Below are positions 51,517 through 62,380 of a DNA stretch of 64,000 nucleotides, one piece after another. How positions within the stretch are numbered: position 1 is the first letter of the stretch; every line of letters starts with the position of its first letter. The position numbers were made by a program, and so were the translations under genes. Below the pieces are notes generated by a model that was given only the letters and a program-made list of their open reading frames with translations, was not told where the DNA came from and did no database searches. The stretch spans positions 4,023 through 68,022 of the forward strand of contig JAXMBP010000023.1 in assembly GCA_046349795.1 (NCBI GenBank), read 5' to 3'. The DNA comes from Pirellulales bacterium (GTDB taxonomy: Bacteria; Planctomycetota; Planctomycetia; Pirellulales; Pirellulaceae).

Positions 51517-52808
51517 TGCGTGCCTCCTTGAACATCAGCAGTCGGTGCTGAAGTCGCATTCTCGGACCCGCCGTCAGGCTGTTGCGATAAGCTGAGCACG
51601 AAATTGACCAGATCCCAAATTTGGTCCGACGTCATTCCATCCGGGACGTTCTTCTGTAGAGCCGCAGCAGGCATCGAGGTGCCTTCGATGCCGTTTACGA
51701 TGCGAGCAAAAATATCCTGAGGTGCAGAGCCGCCTCGGAAAACTCCTTTGCGAAGATCGCGAGGCTTCATTGACTCAGGCTTCAGTCCGCCAGCTTTCAA
51801 CAGCGGCTTCATCGCGGCCTTATCATCGGGAGTGACATTGATCGACGTTGTCCAGTCTTTCGTCCATGCGTCGTAGTCTTTCGGCGCTCCCTGACCGCTA
51901 CCATCTGCAGCATGACACTTCGAGCAACTGGCGATACTGTTTTGAAAAAGTTGTTGACCACGAACAATCGAATCGGTCAAAGCAGTCTGATTGGAAGCAT
52001 CGATCGTAGATGCTCCCAGCACTGGAATGCTCGACGGCAATACCGGTTGTTCGGTCGGGCTTAACTTCCAAGACGAGTAGACTTGCTGAACGGATTCTTG
52101 CAGCTTTTTCAATTGCTGTTCGAACTCTTTGGATTGTTTGCTCTTGAGTTCAAAGTCGATCAATCGATCTCCGCGAGCGTAATCCAGCGTATGAGCAACT
52201 TGAAACAACATGCTGCGTTCTGATTCACCGCGCACGCTCAGGTAGATTACGTAGTCGACCAACGCATCGATATCCTCATCACGCAACAACGCAAAGCTGG
52301 GCATGCTAGTTCCAGGGATGCCACTTCGCAGAATCTTAACCAGATCCTCTTTGGTTGGTTTGCTACCTTGCGGCGTCGTCTTGAACTTAAACTTACCGAA
52401 ACGAAAATCGCGAGGGTAGGGACTAAGTAATCTTGCGGCTGGTCCGCGTCCATCCCCCGAAGTTCCATGACATCGAATGCAGTGTTTGCGATAGAGTCCG
52501 AAGTGTGTATCCTGTTCGTCACTGTAGACTCGACCTGCGGATTGCTTCAGGTAATCCAAGCTGACAACCTCAACACCGTCAACCAGAGCCGGCTGATCGG
52601 AAGATCCGAAAAGCTCGGTGATGGCCTGCTGAACGTCACTGCGTTCGGTTGAGCTTAGCTCTTCGCCCAATTCAATCTCCAAGCGCTTTAATAGTAGCCG
52701 ATTCTCGACGAACTCGGGATGATTGCCGCAACCAGCCAACGAAAAGGCTCCCAACAGCCCAATTAGCTGAAGTAAAAGCTTATTACGTTGGTAGTAAGTT
52801 GAATTCAT
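51513..52808 (-). CDS. Diheme cytochrome c lipoprotein
   Basis: LAGC lipobox; CIRCH and CSKCH; PRDF..GKFK, GIPGTSMP and GIEGTSMP. Confidence 0.88.
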   Translation of the reverse strand: MNSTYYQRNKLLLQLIGLLGAFSLAGCGNHPEFVENRLLLKRLEIELGEELSSTERSDVQQAITELFGSSDQPALVDGVEVVSLDYLKQSAGRVYSDEQDTHFGLYRKHCIRCHGTSGDGRGPAARLLSPYPRDFRFGKFKFKTTPQGSKPTKEDLVKILRSGIPGTSMPSFALLRDEDIDALVDYVIYLSVRGESERSMLFQVAHTLDYARGDRLIDFELKSKQSKEFEQQLKKLQESVQQVYSSWKLSPTEQPVLPSSIPVLGASTIDASNQTALTDSIVRGQQLFQNSIASCSKCHAADGSGQGAPKDYDAWTKDWTTSINVTPDDKAAMKPLLKAGGLKPESMKPRDLRKGVFRGGSAPQDIFARIVNGIEGTSMPAAALQKNVPDGMTSDQIWDLVNFVLSLSQQPDGGSENATSAPTADVQGGTQ

Positions 52809-53181
52809 CGCAGAAGTTGGTTGTAACGAGGATCGCACTAAGACGGCTAATGGCACCCGATTTCAAGCGGAAACGAGCACTCCGATCACCGTAAGCATGG
52901 TGCTATAAGCCTAATGGCTTGCGCCGATACCGCTGGAATTGAAATCGGCTTAGGCTATGAGGCCTAAAACCGCAGTCTTAACTAGGCTTTCACGGGACGA
53001 CTATTGTGACGGAACTGCCAAGTTTAGACCCCGGGAAATTCGCCCACCGGGGTTAGGCAAACGGTCGCAGCGGTAGTGGGATTCGCCAATTCCCCACTTG
53101 CCATAAGGGATTTGCCAGATTTTCCGTACTCTGCTCGAATTCTGTTCTGTTAGAAATGCACCGGGAGTCTGATCAAACCCA

Positions 53182-53742
53182 CTACGAATCCAAGTCGAAA
53201 AGTTGATCTAAAGTCAGCTTGGCCTCAATTTGGCAAATAGGGCTAATTACCGAGCCCTTCTCGAAGATCTGAATCGATTGATATCTTCCGTCCCGAGGCA
53301 TGCGATGAACATGAACCTGTTCTGACTCTACGGCAACTACCCAATACTCTGTGATACCATGCTCGGCGTACAGTTTCGCCTTTTCACACAAATCTTGGTC
53401 CAAACTGCTATCGGCGACTTCAATCAACAGAAGGACGTCCTCGTGCGTAGGGCGAACTCGCTTTGTGTTTAACCTGCGAGACCAAACAAGATCAGGTTCT
53501 GGCCGATGATCTCCGCAATTGATACTGCTCTGGACGCGAATGGCAACAGTTGATCGATTCGTATTGGCGTAGGACCAATTGGCTAGATGCTCTATTTCAC
53601 CCTCATGAATTGGACCTGCAGGATTCATGAACCTCAGCTCTCCGTAGATCAATTCAACTTTCAGTGACTCAAGCCCATCAAATGCACCACGTTGGACCAT
53701 GAGGTCAAAGTCGCTGCCTTTCAGTTTCGCAATTGTACTCAT
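53182..53742 (-). CDS. Uma2 family (DUF820) endonuclease-like protein
   Basis: VELIYGEL, PEPDL, LLIEVADSSL..D...K..LYA..GI.EYWVV. Confidence 0.92.
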   Translation of the reverse strand: MSTIAKLKGSDFDLMVQRGAFDGLESLKVELIYGELRFMNPAGPIHEGEIEHLANWSYANTNRSTVAIRVQSSINCGDHRPEPDLVWSRRLNTKRVRPTHEDVLLLIEVADSSLDQDLCEKAKLYAEHGITEYWVVAVESEQVHVHRMPRDGRYQSIQIFEKGSVISPICQIEAKLTLDQLFDLDS

Positions 53743-54438
53743 GACCTAAAAACCTGAAGATCATCGGAGTGCTAGATCGAGTTCCGCAGAGCCTCATTAT
53801 AGTCGAGCGAAGCGATTGATTAAAAGTGTATTGTGTGTTTGGAAGTAGCGAGTCAGCTAAAACTTGAATTAGATGCCTTAGCACAAGGATTTTGATCCAT
53901 TTTCGGGAGGGGGGGCAGGAACGCTTCTTTAAGTACTGCGAAAAATCGCGCTTTAGAATTGCAATACTCTGACTTGGCTTTTTGCGTAGCTCCCAATGAT
54001 ATGAACCAAGTCATCAGTTGAGCGGAAGTAGAGTCGATCGCAGGCAAGATGCCTGAGAGTCCACGCCGCGTATGGCAGGATGACTCACGTAAGGCGAAAT
54101 GTTTTGGTTCAAGATTGGGCCGTTGGCCTATTGAACTGTGCGCTGCGGTGTAGCCCAGCCCGTTGAGCTGGGCTTAGTAAACTGATAACCCTTCGGGCCG
54201 AAATAGATGTACGAAATGGTCTTTGTGCCTCAGAGACTCTGTGGTTAATCCTCGTCCTTTGCTGGCGCTTTCGATCGTCCTACAGCACGAACCCCGTTTT
54301 TTCGGTAACTGCGTAAACTTGTTACGGCCTACTCAAAATTTCTAAATAAAACGCAGACCTCCCAAGTCAAATTCCTCAGTGGCTTGGGTATGATACTCTG
54401 CCGTTGTCTTAGATAGTCGCTGGTGGGAAGATTCGACG

Positions 54439-55125
54439 TTGATTACTTTTCTGTGCGGAAAATGCGGAAAGCGGTTACAAGTTGCTGACGAAGTGGCTGG
54501 CAAAAAATGCCGCTGTCCATCGTGCACCACTATCAACGTCGTGCCGAATAGTCTTCCATCAGGAAGCTCAACCTATTCAAATACAACGCCACCCCCAGGT
54601 CCGCCACCGTCGCAATCTTCTTTAGGAGATATCTTTCCATCGGCCAATTCAGGTGCTTCTTCTTCTTCTTCTTTCGCTGGTGGACTGTGGGATGGTCTCA
54701 ATACGCCATCGAGTAATGGAAGCTCCGCACAAGCGAACAATCCTTACGCGGCCTATCAAACACCAACACCGCCACCTTCACAGCCAAGCGGTCCACCGAA
54801 CTACATGCCTCAATACGGTGGTGGTTACCTGCCGGAAGCTAGCCCACTTGGCATGATATTTGGAGTGATATCCGTAGTCATGCCGTTGTTCATCTGTTTT
54901 TACGGATTATCCATTCCGCTTGGGCTGGTCTTTGGGATGGCAGCCTGGATAGTTTCTTCGAATGATCGGAAAAAGGTCGCTCAAGGAATTATTCGCACCG
55001 GCCTAGCCGATGTCGGATACACTCTGGGCATCATTGGAACAATCATTAACGGACTACTTCTGCTGCTGATTGCTGCATTTGTAATATTTGTTATTGTGGC
55101 TGCCGCTAACGGCAATATGAACTAA
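54439..55125 (+). CDS. Zinc-ribbon, Pro/Ser-rich linker and C-terminal TM domain protein (DUF4190-like)
   Basis: CGKCGKRL...AGKKCRCPSC; NPYA motif; three hydrophobic C-terminal helices. Confidence 0.8.
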   Translation: MITFLCGKCGKRLQVADEVAGKKCRCPSCTTINVVPNSLPSGSSTYSNTTPPPGPPPSQSSLGDIFPSANSGASSSSSFAGGLWDGLNTPSSNGSSAQANNPYAAYQTPTPPPSQPSGPPNYMPQYGGGYLPEASPLGMIFGVISVVMPLFICFYGLSIPLGLVFGMAAWIVSSNDRKKVAQGIIRTGLADVGYTLGIIGTIINGLLLLLIAAFVIFVIVAAANGNMN

Positions 55126-55148
55126 TGGCTGACAGAATGAACTAGCGG

Positions 55149-55754
55149 CTAACCGATTCGGAGCCTAAAGCCCCATTGAGTTGTAGCCGCTCCCTCGACG
55201 ATCGATTCAGGCTCGATCCGCAATTCAGGGGCGATCGCACCACGTCGCTCTGGAATCAACAATTGTCCATCCACATTCAGGCGAGATTGAAAGCTGAGTG
55301 GTTCCAGCTTCAGCGAGGCCGAGCCCGATTTACAGGTTAGAAGGCCTTCGCTTTGCAGATGCCAGCCACCCAACAAGCGATAGGTGCTTGCTAAACTGGC
55401 TGGCGTTGAAGGCGAGCAGCAGGCCAGTTCTACGATCCAGCTTTTGAGATCGGGTACTAAGGTAAAGCTGGCCGACCAATGGCCTCGCCCCGACATGCCA
55501 ACTCCGAACATCACCTCACGTCCATCATCAAAGTTCTGACGATAGACCTGTTGCAGCGGAGGACTTGCTGGCCAATGAACTGCGTGATCAGATTCGACCG
55601 ATTCAAGCAGCTTTTCACCCGTCTCACAGCACAACCAACTATGCGTGTAACGATCGCCCTGCCACTGAAAAATCAATCGACCAAAAACACCGCCATCCAA
55701 TTCGGCATCTTCCATGCCCGTGTGCGTCGCTGTCATTAAAGCCCTCCCTTGCAA
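55149..55754 (-). CDS. Hypothetical protein
   Basis: Open ORF directly after prfB (WQGDRYTH, WPASPPLQ, GVGMSGRGHWS); start uncertain. Confidence 0.7.
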   Translation of the reverse strand: MQGRALMTATHTGMEDAELDGGVFGRLIFQWQGDRYTHSWLCCETGEKLLESVESDHAVHWPASPPLQQVYRQNFDDGREVMFGVGMSGRGHWSASFTLVPDLKSWIVELACCSPSTPASLASTYRLLGGWHLQSEGLLTCKSGSASLKLEPLSFQSRLNVDGQLLIPERRGAIAPELRIEPESIVEGAATTQWGFRLRIG

Positions 55755-55758
55755 GCTC

Positions 55759-56872
55759 TTATTCTGCCGAATTTTGAATCATGCGCCAACGCAGATATGC
55801 ATCCAAGAAATCCTGAATTTCTCCGCTCATGACGACATTAAAGTTGTTCCGCAAGTGCTCTGTCCGAGCATCCTTCACGCGCTGTTCGGGATGTAGAAAG
55901 TAATTGCGGATCTGAGAACCAAACCCCTTTTGACGAACCTTGTTCTTGTACTTGGCCATCTGCTCTTCTTCGCGGCGCTCTTCTTCTACACGAGCCATAC
56001 GAGCCCGAAGCATCTTCCAAGCCATAGCGCGATTCTTGTGTTGGCTGCGTTCGCTTTGACATTGAGCAACCATGCCGGTTGGAATGTGAGTCAAACGCAC
56101 CGCGCTATCGGTCTTGTTCACGTGCTGACCGCCAGCTCCACTTGCGCGGTAAGTATCTTCCCGTACATCTTTCTCTTCAATCTCGACTTCGATTGAATCG
56201 TTGATCTCCGGTGAAACATCCACGGCCGCAAAACTGGTTTGCCGCTTACCTTCGGCGTTGAAAGGACTGATGCGCACCAAGCGATGGATACCTTCTTCGC
56301 CCTTCAAATAACCGTAGGCCATCGGTCCGCGGATAGCGATTGTGGCCTGAGTGATACCAGCCTCTTCATTGTCTTGCCGATCCAACAGTTCAACGTTGTA
56401 ATCGTGAGCCTTGGCCCAGTTAATGTACATCTGAAGCAACATGTCAGCCCAGTCATTTGCGTCCACACCGCCATCGCGGGCATGTACGCTCAGCAAAGCT
56501 CCGTCGGCATCGTGAGGACCGTTCAGCAGTGCCTGTAGCTCAAGTTCGTCGACTACCTTTTCGATGCGGTCAATCTCGGATACGACGTCCTCTCGAACCG
56601 ACTCATCTTCCGCTAACATTTCGATCAGACCGTTTAGGTCGTCAGCGGCTGACAATGCTTCCTTCAAAGGCCCCACAACCAGTCGCAAGCTTTTCAGCTC
56701 GCCAACGGTGGCTTGTGCCTTCTCTTGATTGTTCCAAAAATCCCCGGCAGCCATTTGAGCTTCGATGGCCACAATTTGTGATTGCTTGGAATCGAAGTCA
56801 AAGACTGTCCCGGAGCTGCGTCAATCGTTGACGTATCGAGTCAGCACGATTAGCTAATTCTACGTCCAGCAT
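55759..56872 (-). CDS. prfB: Peptide chain release factor 2, with programmed +1 frameshift
   Basis: 24 codons from ATG 56872 ([24 protein letters not shown]) end in CTT TGA C. The +1 frame continues into the ORF with SPF and GAGGQHVN motifs. Confidence 0.97.
56797..56803 (-). promoter_or_regulatory. RF2 +1 frameshift site CTT-TGA-C
   Basis: Plus strand GTCAAAG is CTTTGAC on the minus strand, at codon 24/25. Confidence 0.93.
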
Positions 56873-57150
56873 CCTGGGACACTCCTGTGTTGAAAAAGAA
56901 GAAACATCAATGGCTTCCGAGTGAGTTTTCCCACACTCGTCAAGCTATTGTTGGTAGGGCGGCTATTGTAGTTCAGGCAACTGGAATTGATAATGCCGCT
57001 TTGCACTTTCCCCCAAAGTGCTCATTTGGCTTCACCAGGCTAGAGTTTCGGCGCCTGCGGTTTTGCTTGGAACCAACGTTCGACCTTACAGAATTACCTG
57101 ATGAAGCTCGGCAAATTGCAGCAGACTCCGTGGATATTTCGAGGACTATT

Positions 57151-58533
57151 TTGACGCAATCACCTTCAAGAAGCGGTGTGTTCAAATCGGGCAGCGATCA
57201 ACGTCTGGTGGCTTTTGGAGAGAGCATCAGCTTTGACCATCGACTCTACCGACAAGATATTCGCGGTTCGATCGCTCACGCCAGAATGCTCAGCCAACAA
57301 GGTCTTTTGACCAACGAAGAGTTTGAGAGTATCGAAAAATCACTGCGGGAAATCGAAGGTGAAATCGATCGAGGTGAAATGCAGTATCGATTCGAGCTTG
57401 AAGATATTCACATGCATATCGAAACCGCGCTGATCGCAAGGTTGGGAGATGTCGGGAGGAAGCTGCATACGGCTCGCAGCCGCAACGATCAGGTGAATAC
57501 GGATGTGCGTCTTTGGGTTCGAGATGCTATCGACCAAATTGACGAACTTCTCAAGCAGTTGCAGCAAGCCTTCGTTGGTCGCTGCCAAGCCGATATGGAC
57601 GTAATATTACCGGCTTACACTCACCTTCAGCGAGCCCAACCGGTGTTGGCTTCGCATTACTGGCTAGCTTATGTCGAGAAGTACGCGCGCGATCGACAGC
57701 GTTTGGCTGACTGCCGCCGTCGAGTCAACGTATGTGGCCTTGGAGCGGCAGCCTGCGCGGGAACTAGCCTACCTATCGACCGCCAGGCCACAGCTAATGA
57801 ACTGGGTTTTGAATCAGTCGCCCGAAATAGTATCGACGTCAGCAGCGATCGCGACTTTGTCCTCGAAACCGCCTTTGTTTTAGCCATGATCGCCGAACAC
57901 CTAAGCGGCTGGGCCGAGGAATGGATTCTGTGGTCGACCGTCGAGTTCAACTTCATCAAGCTGCCTCACGCTTTCTGTACTGGATCGTCGATCATGCCTC
58001 AGAAGGTGAATCCCGATACGCTGGAACTAACGCGAGGCAAATCGGCTCGAGTCGTTGGAAATCTTCAAACGCTGCTGGTTCTGATCAAGGGTCTTCCACT
58101 GGCCTACAACCGAGACTTGCAAGAGGACAAGCCGCCGCTTTTTGATTCCTTCGATACAGTTCGGGCCTGCCTGGAGCTGGCCATTCCAATCGTTGAGCAG
58201 TCCAAGCTACAGCGAGATTCGATCGCCTCCCGACTGGATCAGGGCTACCTGGATGCGACCGCCCTAATGGAGCATTTAATCAAAAAGGGCATGCCCCAAC
58301 GGACGGCTCACCATTTAGTTGGCACATTAGTGGGGATTGCTCAAGAGGCCAATATTCCGCTTTGCCAATTGTCTGACGAGCAGATAAAGATCGCAGATCC
58401 CAGCCTGAACGGGTCGATCCGGCAGGTGTTAGGAGTGGAAAAAGCGGTACAAGCCTACCAAAGCTATGGCTCAAGCAATCCAGCTCAAGTCCAACAGCAA
58501 CTACAATACTGGCAGCAGCAACTACAATGTTAG
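57151..58533 (+). CDS. argH: Argininosuccinate lyase
   Basis: [47 protein letters not shown]; likely TTG start at 57151 after GAGGA. Confidence 0.96.
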   Translation: MTQSPSRSGVFKSGSDQRLVAFGESISFDHRLYRQDIRGSIAHARMLSQQGLLTNEEFESIEKSLREIEGEIDRGEMQYRFELEDIHMHIETALIARLGDVGRKLHTARSRNDQVNTDVRLWVRDAIDQIDELLKQLQQAFVGRCQADMDVILPAYTHLQRAQPVLASHYWLAYVEKYARDRQRLADCRRRVNVCGLGAAACAGTSLPIDRQATANELGFESVARNSIDVSSDRDFVLETAFVLAMIAEHLSGWAEEWILWSTVEFNFIKLPHAFCTGSSIMPQKVNPDTLELTRGKSARVVGNLQTLLVLIKGLPLAYNRDLQEDKPPLFDSFDTVRACLELAIPIVEQSKLQRDSIASRLDQGYLDATALMEHLIKKGMPQRTAHHLVGTLVGIAQEANIPLCQLSDEQIKIADPSLNGSIRQVLGVEKAVQAYQSYGSSNPAQVQQQLQYWQQQLQC

Positions 58534-58536
58534 AGG

Positions 58537-60954
58537 TTGCCGACTAGAATCAGCCGCTCATCTTCACCGTGCTTCGCATCTCTGATCCAAATGAACTTAT
58601 CCAACATGTGCGCTCTTCAGAGCCTGCGCCAACGCATGGCCCAACCTTACTCCTGGTCCCCCAGCCGCTCCTGGAAATTTCTTCTGGGCCCAGTTGCAGT
58701 TTTAGCCTTCAGTACTTTGACATCTGCATTACCAGTCATGGCTCAGGATCCGTTTGGTGGCGACAGTCCCACGGATACGGCCGGCGACGCGTTCTCGACA
58801 CCCGCACAACCGCGCGCTGGAGCAGACGGGAAGCCGGGCGATGCTTCCTCGTCATACTTGAATACCGACCCTTTGATCCGACGCGTTCGAGACAATCCCC
58901 CTAAGACTCCAGCCGATATGGCTCAAGCGCTAACGTGGATGGTCCAGTTGCGATCGTGGGAAAATGTTGGCACATTGCTTGATCGGCTTGCCGCAGCAAA
59001 TTGGCCAGTGACGGCACGAGCGGAAGTAGCACGCGGCATCGAGCCATCGGTATGGAGCATTCTGCTGAAGTCCAGCAACCGATTGAACGAAGCTCAAAAC
59101 AAAACTCTGAAGGCTCTGTATGGTTCACCGGCCGCTCAGGCTCGCGAACCGGCCGTGATTGATGCCAATATCGATCAACTGGCCAGCAGCAATTCAAACA
59201 TTCGTCGGCTAGCACAACTGCGACTACACGATGGCCAGATGGTCGCGCTAAAACGACTGCTCGATCGATTGCTCGAAGGTGATGCGAAAGTTCCCGCAAG
59301 CGAGCTTGCAGCCGCCATTGTTCAATTCGAAGTCGATGGTAGCGAGGCTCTACGTGCAGCTTGCTGCCAGCAAGACGAAACCAAGCGCGGCCGTGCACTG
59401 GTGGCTGCGGCAGAACTTCGAGACAATAAACTTGCTCTTGAGGTCATCGCTGGCCTATATTCGAGTTCGGTTACCGACGCAACCAAATCCGCGATTGCTG
59501 ACAAGCTAAAAGCACGTTCGATTGCATTGCCTGCCAAAGACGAATTAGCCACTAGGTTGAACAAGGAGTATGAATCAACCCTGCTTGAGTATCAAGCTAG
59601 CCGCACGAAGCTAAGCCCGCTGACGACGTTAGTTTGGCAACCAACCGCAGATGGCAAGCTTGTCGGACGGCAATTAACGCGCGAATTGGCCAACTTAGAA
59701 CGGCTGGCTCAATTGGCAACTCTACGATCCGAAATCGAAGGCTCAGCAGGTACGACTCTGTTAACCTCAACGGCCATTCAACTCCATCGAGCCTACCATC
59801 AAAATCCAAAGCTGATCGATAGCCAAGCTGAGACTTTGCTACTGCGAGCAATTCCTGAAGATCGCACTAACGAAATAGGCTTCTGGGTCGAAGCTTTTCA
59901 GCAATGCAGCAAGCTGCAAATGCACGGCGGCGCAGTTCGAGCCCTACAATCGATGACCTCCAGAATACAATCTGGTAAAGTCTTGGCACCACTGGATTTT
60001 CTAAGCCAAATATTAACTGACAAGCGTCCTGTAGTACGATTCCTGGCGCTTCAAGCCATCGCTGCTGCTGATCCGCACAGCGATTACGCAGGATCGGCAC
60101 AAGCTATCTCCACAGCAGTGGAAATGACTCAGCTTTCTCAAGGCCCAGAAGCTTTAGTGGTGGGAGCCAATTCGGAACTGTGTATGTCGGCCGATGAGAT
60201 CATCCAGCAACACACCAGTGCAAAATCGGTGATTGCTCATTCAGCTCGGGAAGCTCTGGTCGCTTTGTCCAAGCCTAATCCGGTCGAGTGGATTGTTGTG
60301 GTCGATCGCGTTCACGACATTTCCTTCCACGAACTGATTCAACGCCTAAGGAATGCAAGCTCGCAGCCTATTGCAGTGTTGGTGGACAACCTGAGTCAGA
60401 GTGAATCCAATTTGATTAGCCGCAGTGCCGGAATTCACGCTTCGACACTTTCCCGCGATCCGGAGCACATGCGGATCATTCTTGAGAAGTCGATGCAAAT
60501 GCTCGACTTTAAGCCTATGTCGATTGATGATCGAACCGATCTGGCGGCTTCCGCTGGTCAGTTCTTGACGAAGATTGCATCAGATCGAGCTTTGTATGGC
60601 TTTTATCCAGTTGAACAATGGAATCAACAATTGATCAGTACTCGCCGAACGATGGCTCCATCGGCTCAAGCGAAAATTCTCTCCGCACTAGGGGATAAAG
60701 AAAGCCAAGTTCAACTGACTCTGATGGCTGCCAATGTTGGGGCAGCCCAACAGGATCGAATCGAGGCAGCTAAGTCATTTGAAAAGGCAGTTCGCCAGTT
60801 TGGTTTGCAATTGAATGACCAGCAGATCAAGAAATCCTACGAGCAGTACAATCAACTAGGTCCTAACGATCCAGCGACTGCAAAGGTGTTGGGCTATATC
60901 TTGGACATCATCGAAGCTCAAGCAGGCTCACGATCCTGGCCTGACCCGCTCTAA
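58537..60954 (+). CDS. Hypothetical exported HEAT-repeat protein with a degenerate receiver-like domain
   Basis: Signal-like VAVLAFSTLTSALPVMA-QDPF; HEAT-like RPVVRFLALQAI; alpha/beta segment ALVVGAN...SAREAL...WIVVVD...PIAVL. The true start is probably downstream of 58537. Confidence 0.7.
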   Translation: MPTRISRSSSPCFASLIQMNLSNMCALQSLRQRMAQPYSWSPSRSWKFLLGPVAVLAFSTLTSALPVMAQDPFGGDSPTDTAGDAFSTPAQPRAGADGKPGDASSSYLNTDPLIRRVRDNPPKTPADMAQALTWMVQLRSWENVGTLLDRLAAANWPVTARAEVARGIEPSVWSILLKSSNRLNEAQNKTLKALYGSPAAQAREPAVIDANIDQLASSNSNIRRLAQLRLHDGQMVALKRLLDRLLEGDAKVPASELAAAIVQFEVDGSEALRAACCQQDETKRGRALVAAAELRDNKLALEVIAGLYSSSVTDATKSAIADKLKARSIALPAKDELATRLNKEYESTLLEYQASRTKLSPLTTLVWQPTADGKLVGRQLTRELANLERLAQLATLRSEIEGSAGTTLLTSTAIQLHRAYHQNPKLIDSQAETLLLRAIPEDRTNEIGFWVEAFQQCSKLQMHGGAVRALQSMTSRIQSGKVLAPLDFLSQILTDKRPVVRFLALQAIAAADPHSDYAGSAQAISTAVEMTQLSQGPEALVVGANSELCMSADEIIQQHTSAKSVIAHSAREALVALSKPNPVEWIVVVDRVHDISFHELIQRLRNASSQPIAVLVDNLSQSESNLISRSAGIHASTLSRDPEHMRIILEKSMQMLDFKPMSIDDRTDLAASAGQFLTKIASDRALYGFYPVEQWNQQLISTRRTMAPSAQAKILSALGDKESQVQLTLMAANVGAAQQDRIEAAKSFEKAVRQFGLQLNDQQIKKSYEQYNQLGPNDPATAKVLGYILDIIEAQAGSRSWPDPL

Positions 60955-62363
60955 ACGATCTCACGAATCACTTTGCCGTGAACATCGGTCAATCGAAAAT
61001 CGCGGCCTGCATAGCGGAACGTCAGCCGTTCATGGTCAAATCCCAGCAAGTGCAACATCGTCGCGTGCAGGTCATGAACGCTAGTTCGATTCTCTACCGC
61101 TTGGAAGCCAAATTCATCTGTGGCTCCATAGGTTCTGCCGCCACGAACACCGCCACCGGCTAACCAGACGGAAAAACCGTAGTGATTATGGTCTCTGCCT
61201 AGGAGAGCTTTTCCGTCTCCACCAAGCTCTACGGTGGGAGTTCGACCAAATTCACCGCCCCAAATGATCAGCGTTTCCTCGAACAGCCCGCGCTGCTTCA
61301 AGTCGTTCATCAGCGCTGCAATCGGTTGATCGATCTCTGCAGCCAATTTGCGATGGTTGTTTTCGATATCGTTGTGATTATCCCAGGGCTGCCCCGCTCC
61401 GTGCCAAAGCTGCACGTAACGCACTCCACGCTCTACCAACCTTCTTGCGATGAGCGTTTGTCGACCATGAACACTCGAACCATAAGCATCCAGAGTTGAC
61501 TGACTTTCACGCGAAAGATCAAAAGCTTCGGCAGCTTCAACCTGCATTCGAAATGCTAACTCGAACGATTGAATTCTCGCATCTAACCTCGGGTCAAATC
61601 GATCCTGACGGTGCTGCGAGTTTAGCTTTTGCAGCAAATCTAACTGTTGTCGCTGGGCCGCAGTAGAGGCATGAGGGCTGCGGATGTTCTCGATCAGCTT
61701 ATCGAGATCAGTATGCTTGGGATCGATGAACGTGCCTTGGTAAGCTCCCGGTAGAAATCCCGACTGCCAATTCTCTGCGTCCTTGATTGGATAGCCTCCT
61801 GGACACATTGCAATGAAGCCAGGCAAGTTCTGATTCTCAACACCAAGGCCGTACATTACCCACGAGCCTACGCTCGGTCTGGGCTGAACGGAATCACCAC
61901 AATTCATCAGCATTAGTGATGGCTCGTGGTTGGGAACCAGCGCGTACATCGAACGGATCACAGCGATGTCGTCGGCATGCTGAGCCGTTTTCTGAAACAG
62001 GTCGCTAATCTCCAAGCCGCTTTCACCGTACTTCTGAAATTTGAAAGGCGACGGAAATGCAGCACCCGTTTTGCGTTCCGTGGTTAAGTTGTTCGGAACT
62101 GGCTTACCAGCATATTTCTCCAGAGCGGGCTTCGGATCAAATGTATCCACATGCGATGGACCACCGTTGAGAAAGAAGTGAATCACTCGCTTCGCCTTGG
62201 CGGGAAAATGCGGCTGCTTCACTGTCAGCAAGTTCTCATCACCACCGGCCGCATAGCCCTTTTGATCGAGCAGCGTGGCTAGGCCTAGGCCGCCGAGCCC
62301 CATGGCGGTCCGTTGCAGCATGGCTCGTCGGTCGATCAAAACGTCTGAGTGATTTAAGTTCAT
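60951..62363 (-). CDS. DUF1501 family protein (Tat signal)
   Basis: DRRAML; KAKRVIHFFLNGGPSHVDTFDPKP; ARRLVERGVRYVQL; GEFGRTP; RLTDVHG. Confidence 0.93.
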   Translation of the reverse strand: MNLNHSDVLIDRRAMLQRTAMGLGGLGLATLLDQKGYAAGGDENLLTVKQPHFPAKAKRVIHFFLNGGPSHVDTFDPKPALEKYAGKPVPNNLTTERKTGAAFPSPFKFQKYGESGLEISDLFQKTAQHADDIAVIRSMYALVPNHEPSLMLMNCGDSVQPRPSVGSWVMYGLGVENQNLPGFIAMCPGGYPIKDAENWQSGFLPGAYQGTFIDPKHTDLDKLIENIRSPHASTAAQRQQLDLLQKLNSQHRQDRFDPRLDARIQSFELAFRMQVEAAEAFDLSRESQSTLDAYGSSVHGRQTLIARRLVERGVRYVQLWHGAGQPWDNHNDIENNHRKLAAEIDQPIAALMNDLKQRGLFEETLIIWGGEFGRTPTVELGGDGKALLGRDHNHYGFSVWLAGGGVRGGRTYGATDEFGFQAVENRTSVHDLHATMLHLLGFDHERLTFRYAGRDFRLTDVHGKVIREIV

Positions 62364-62380
62364 TAGACACCGCCCCTTGT

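Noticed and set aside
56887-57150. 88-aa N-terminal extension of ArgH
   Set aside because: Homology begins at about SRSGVF, a GAGGA RBS precedes TTG 57151, and the extension occupies the prfB/argH divergent promoter region.
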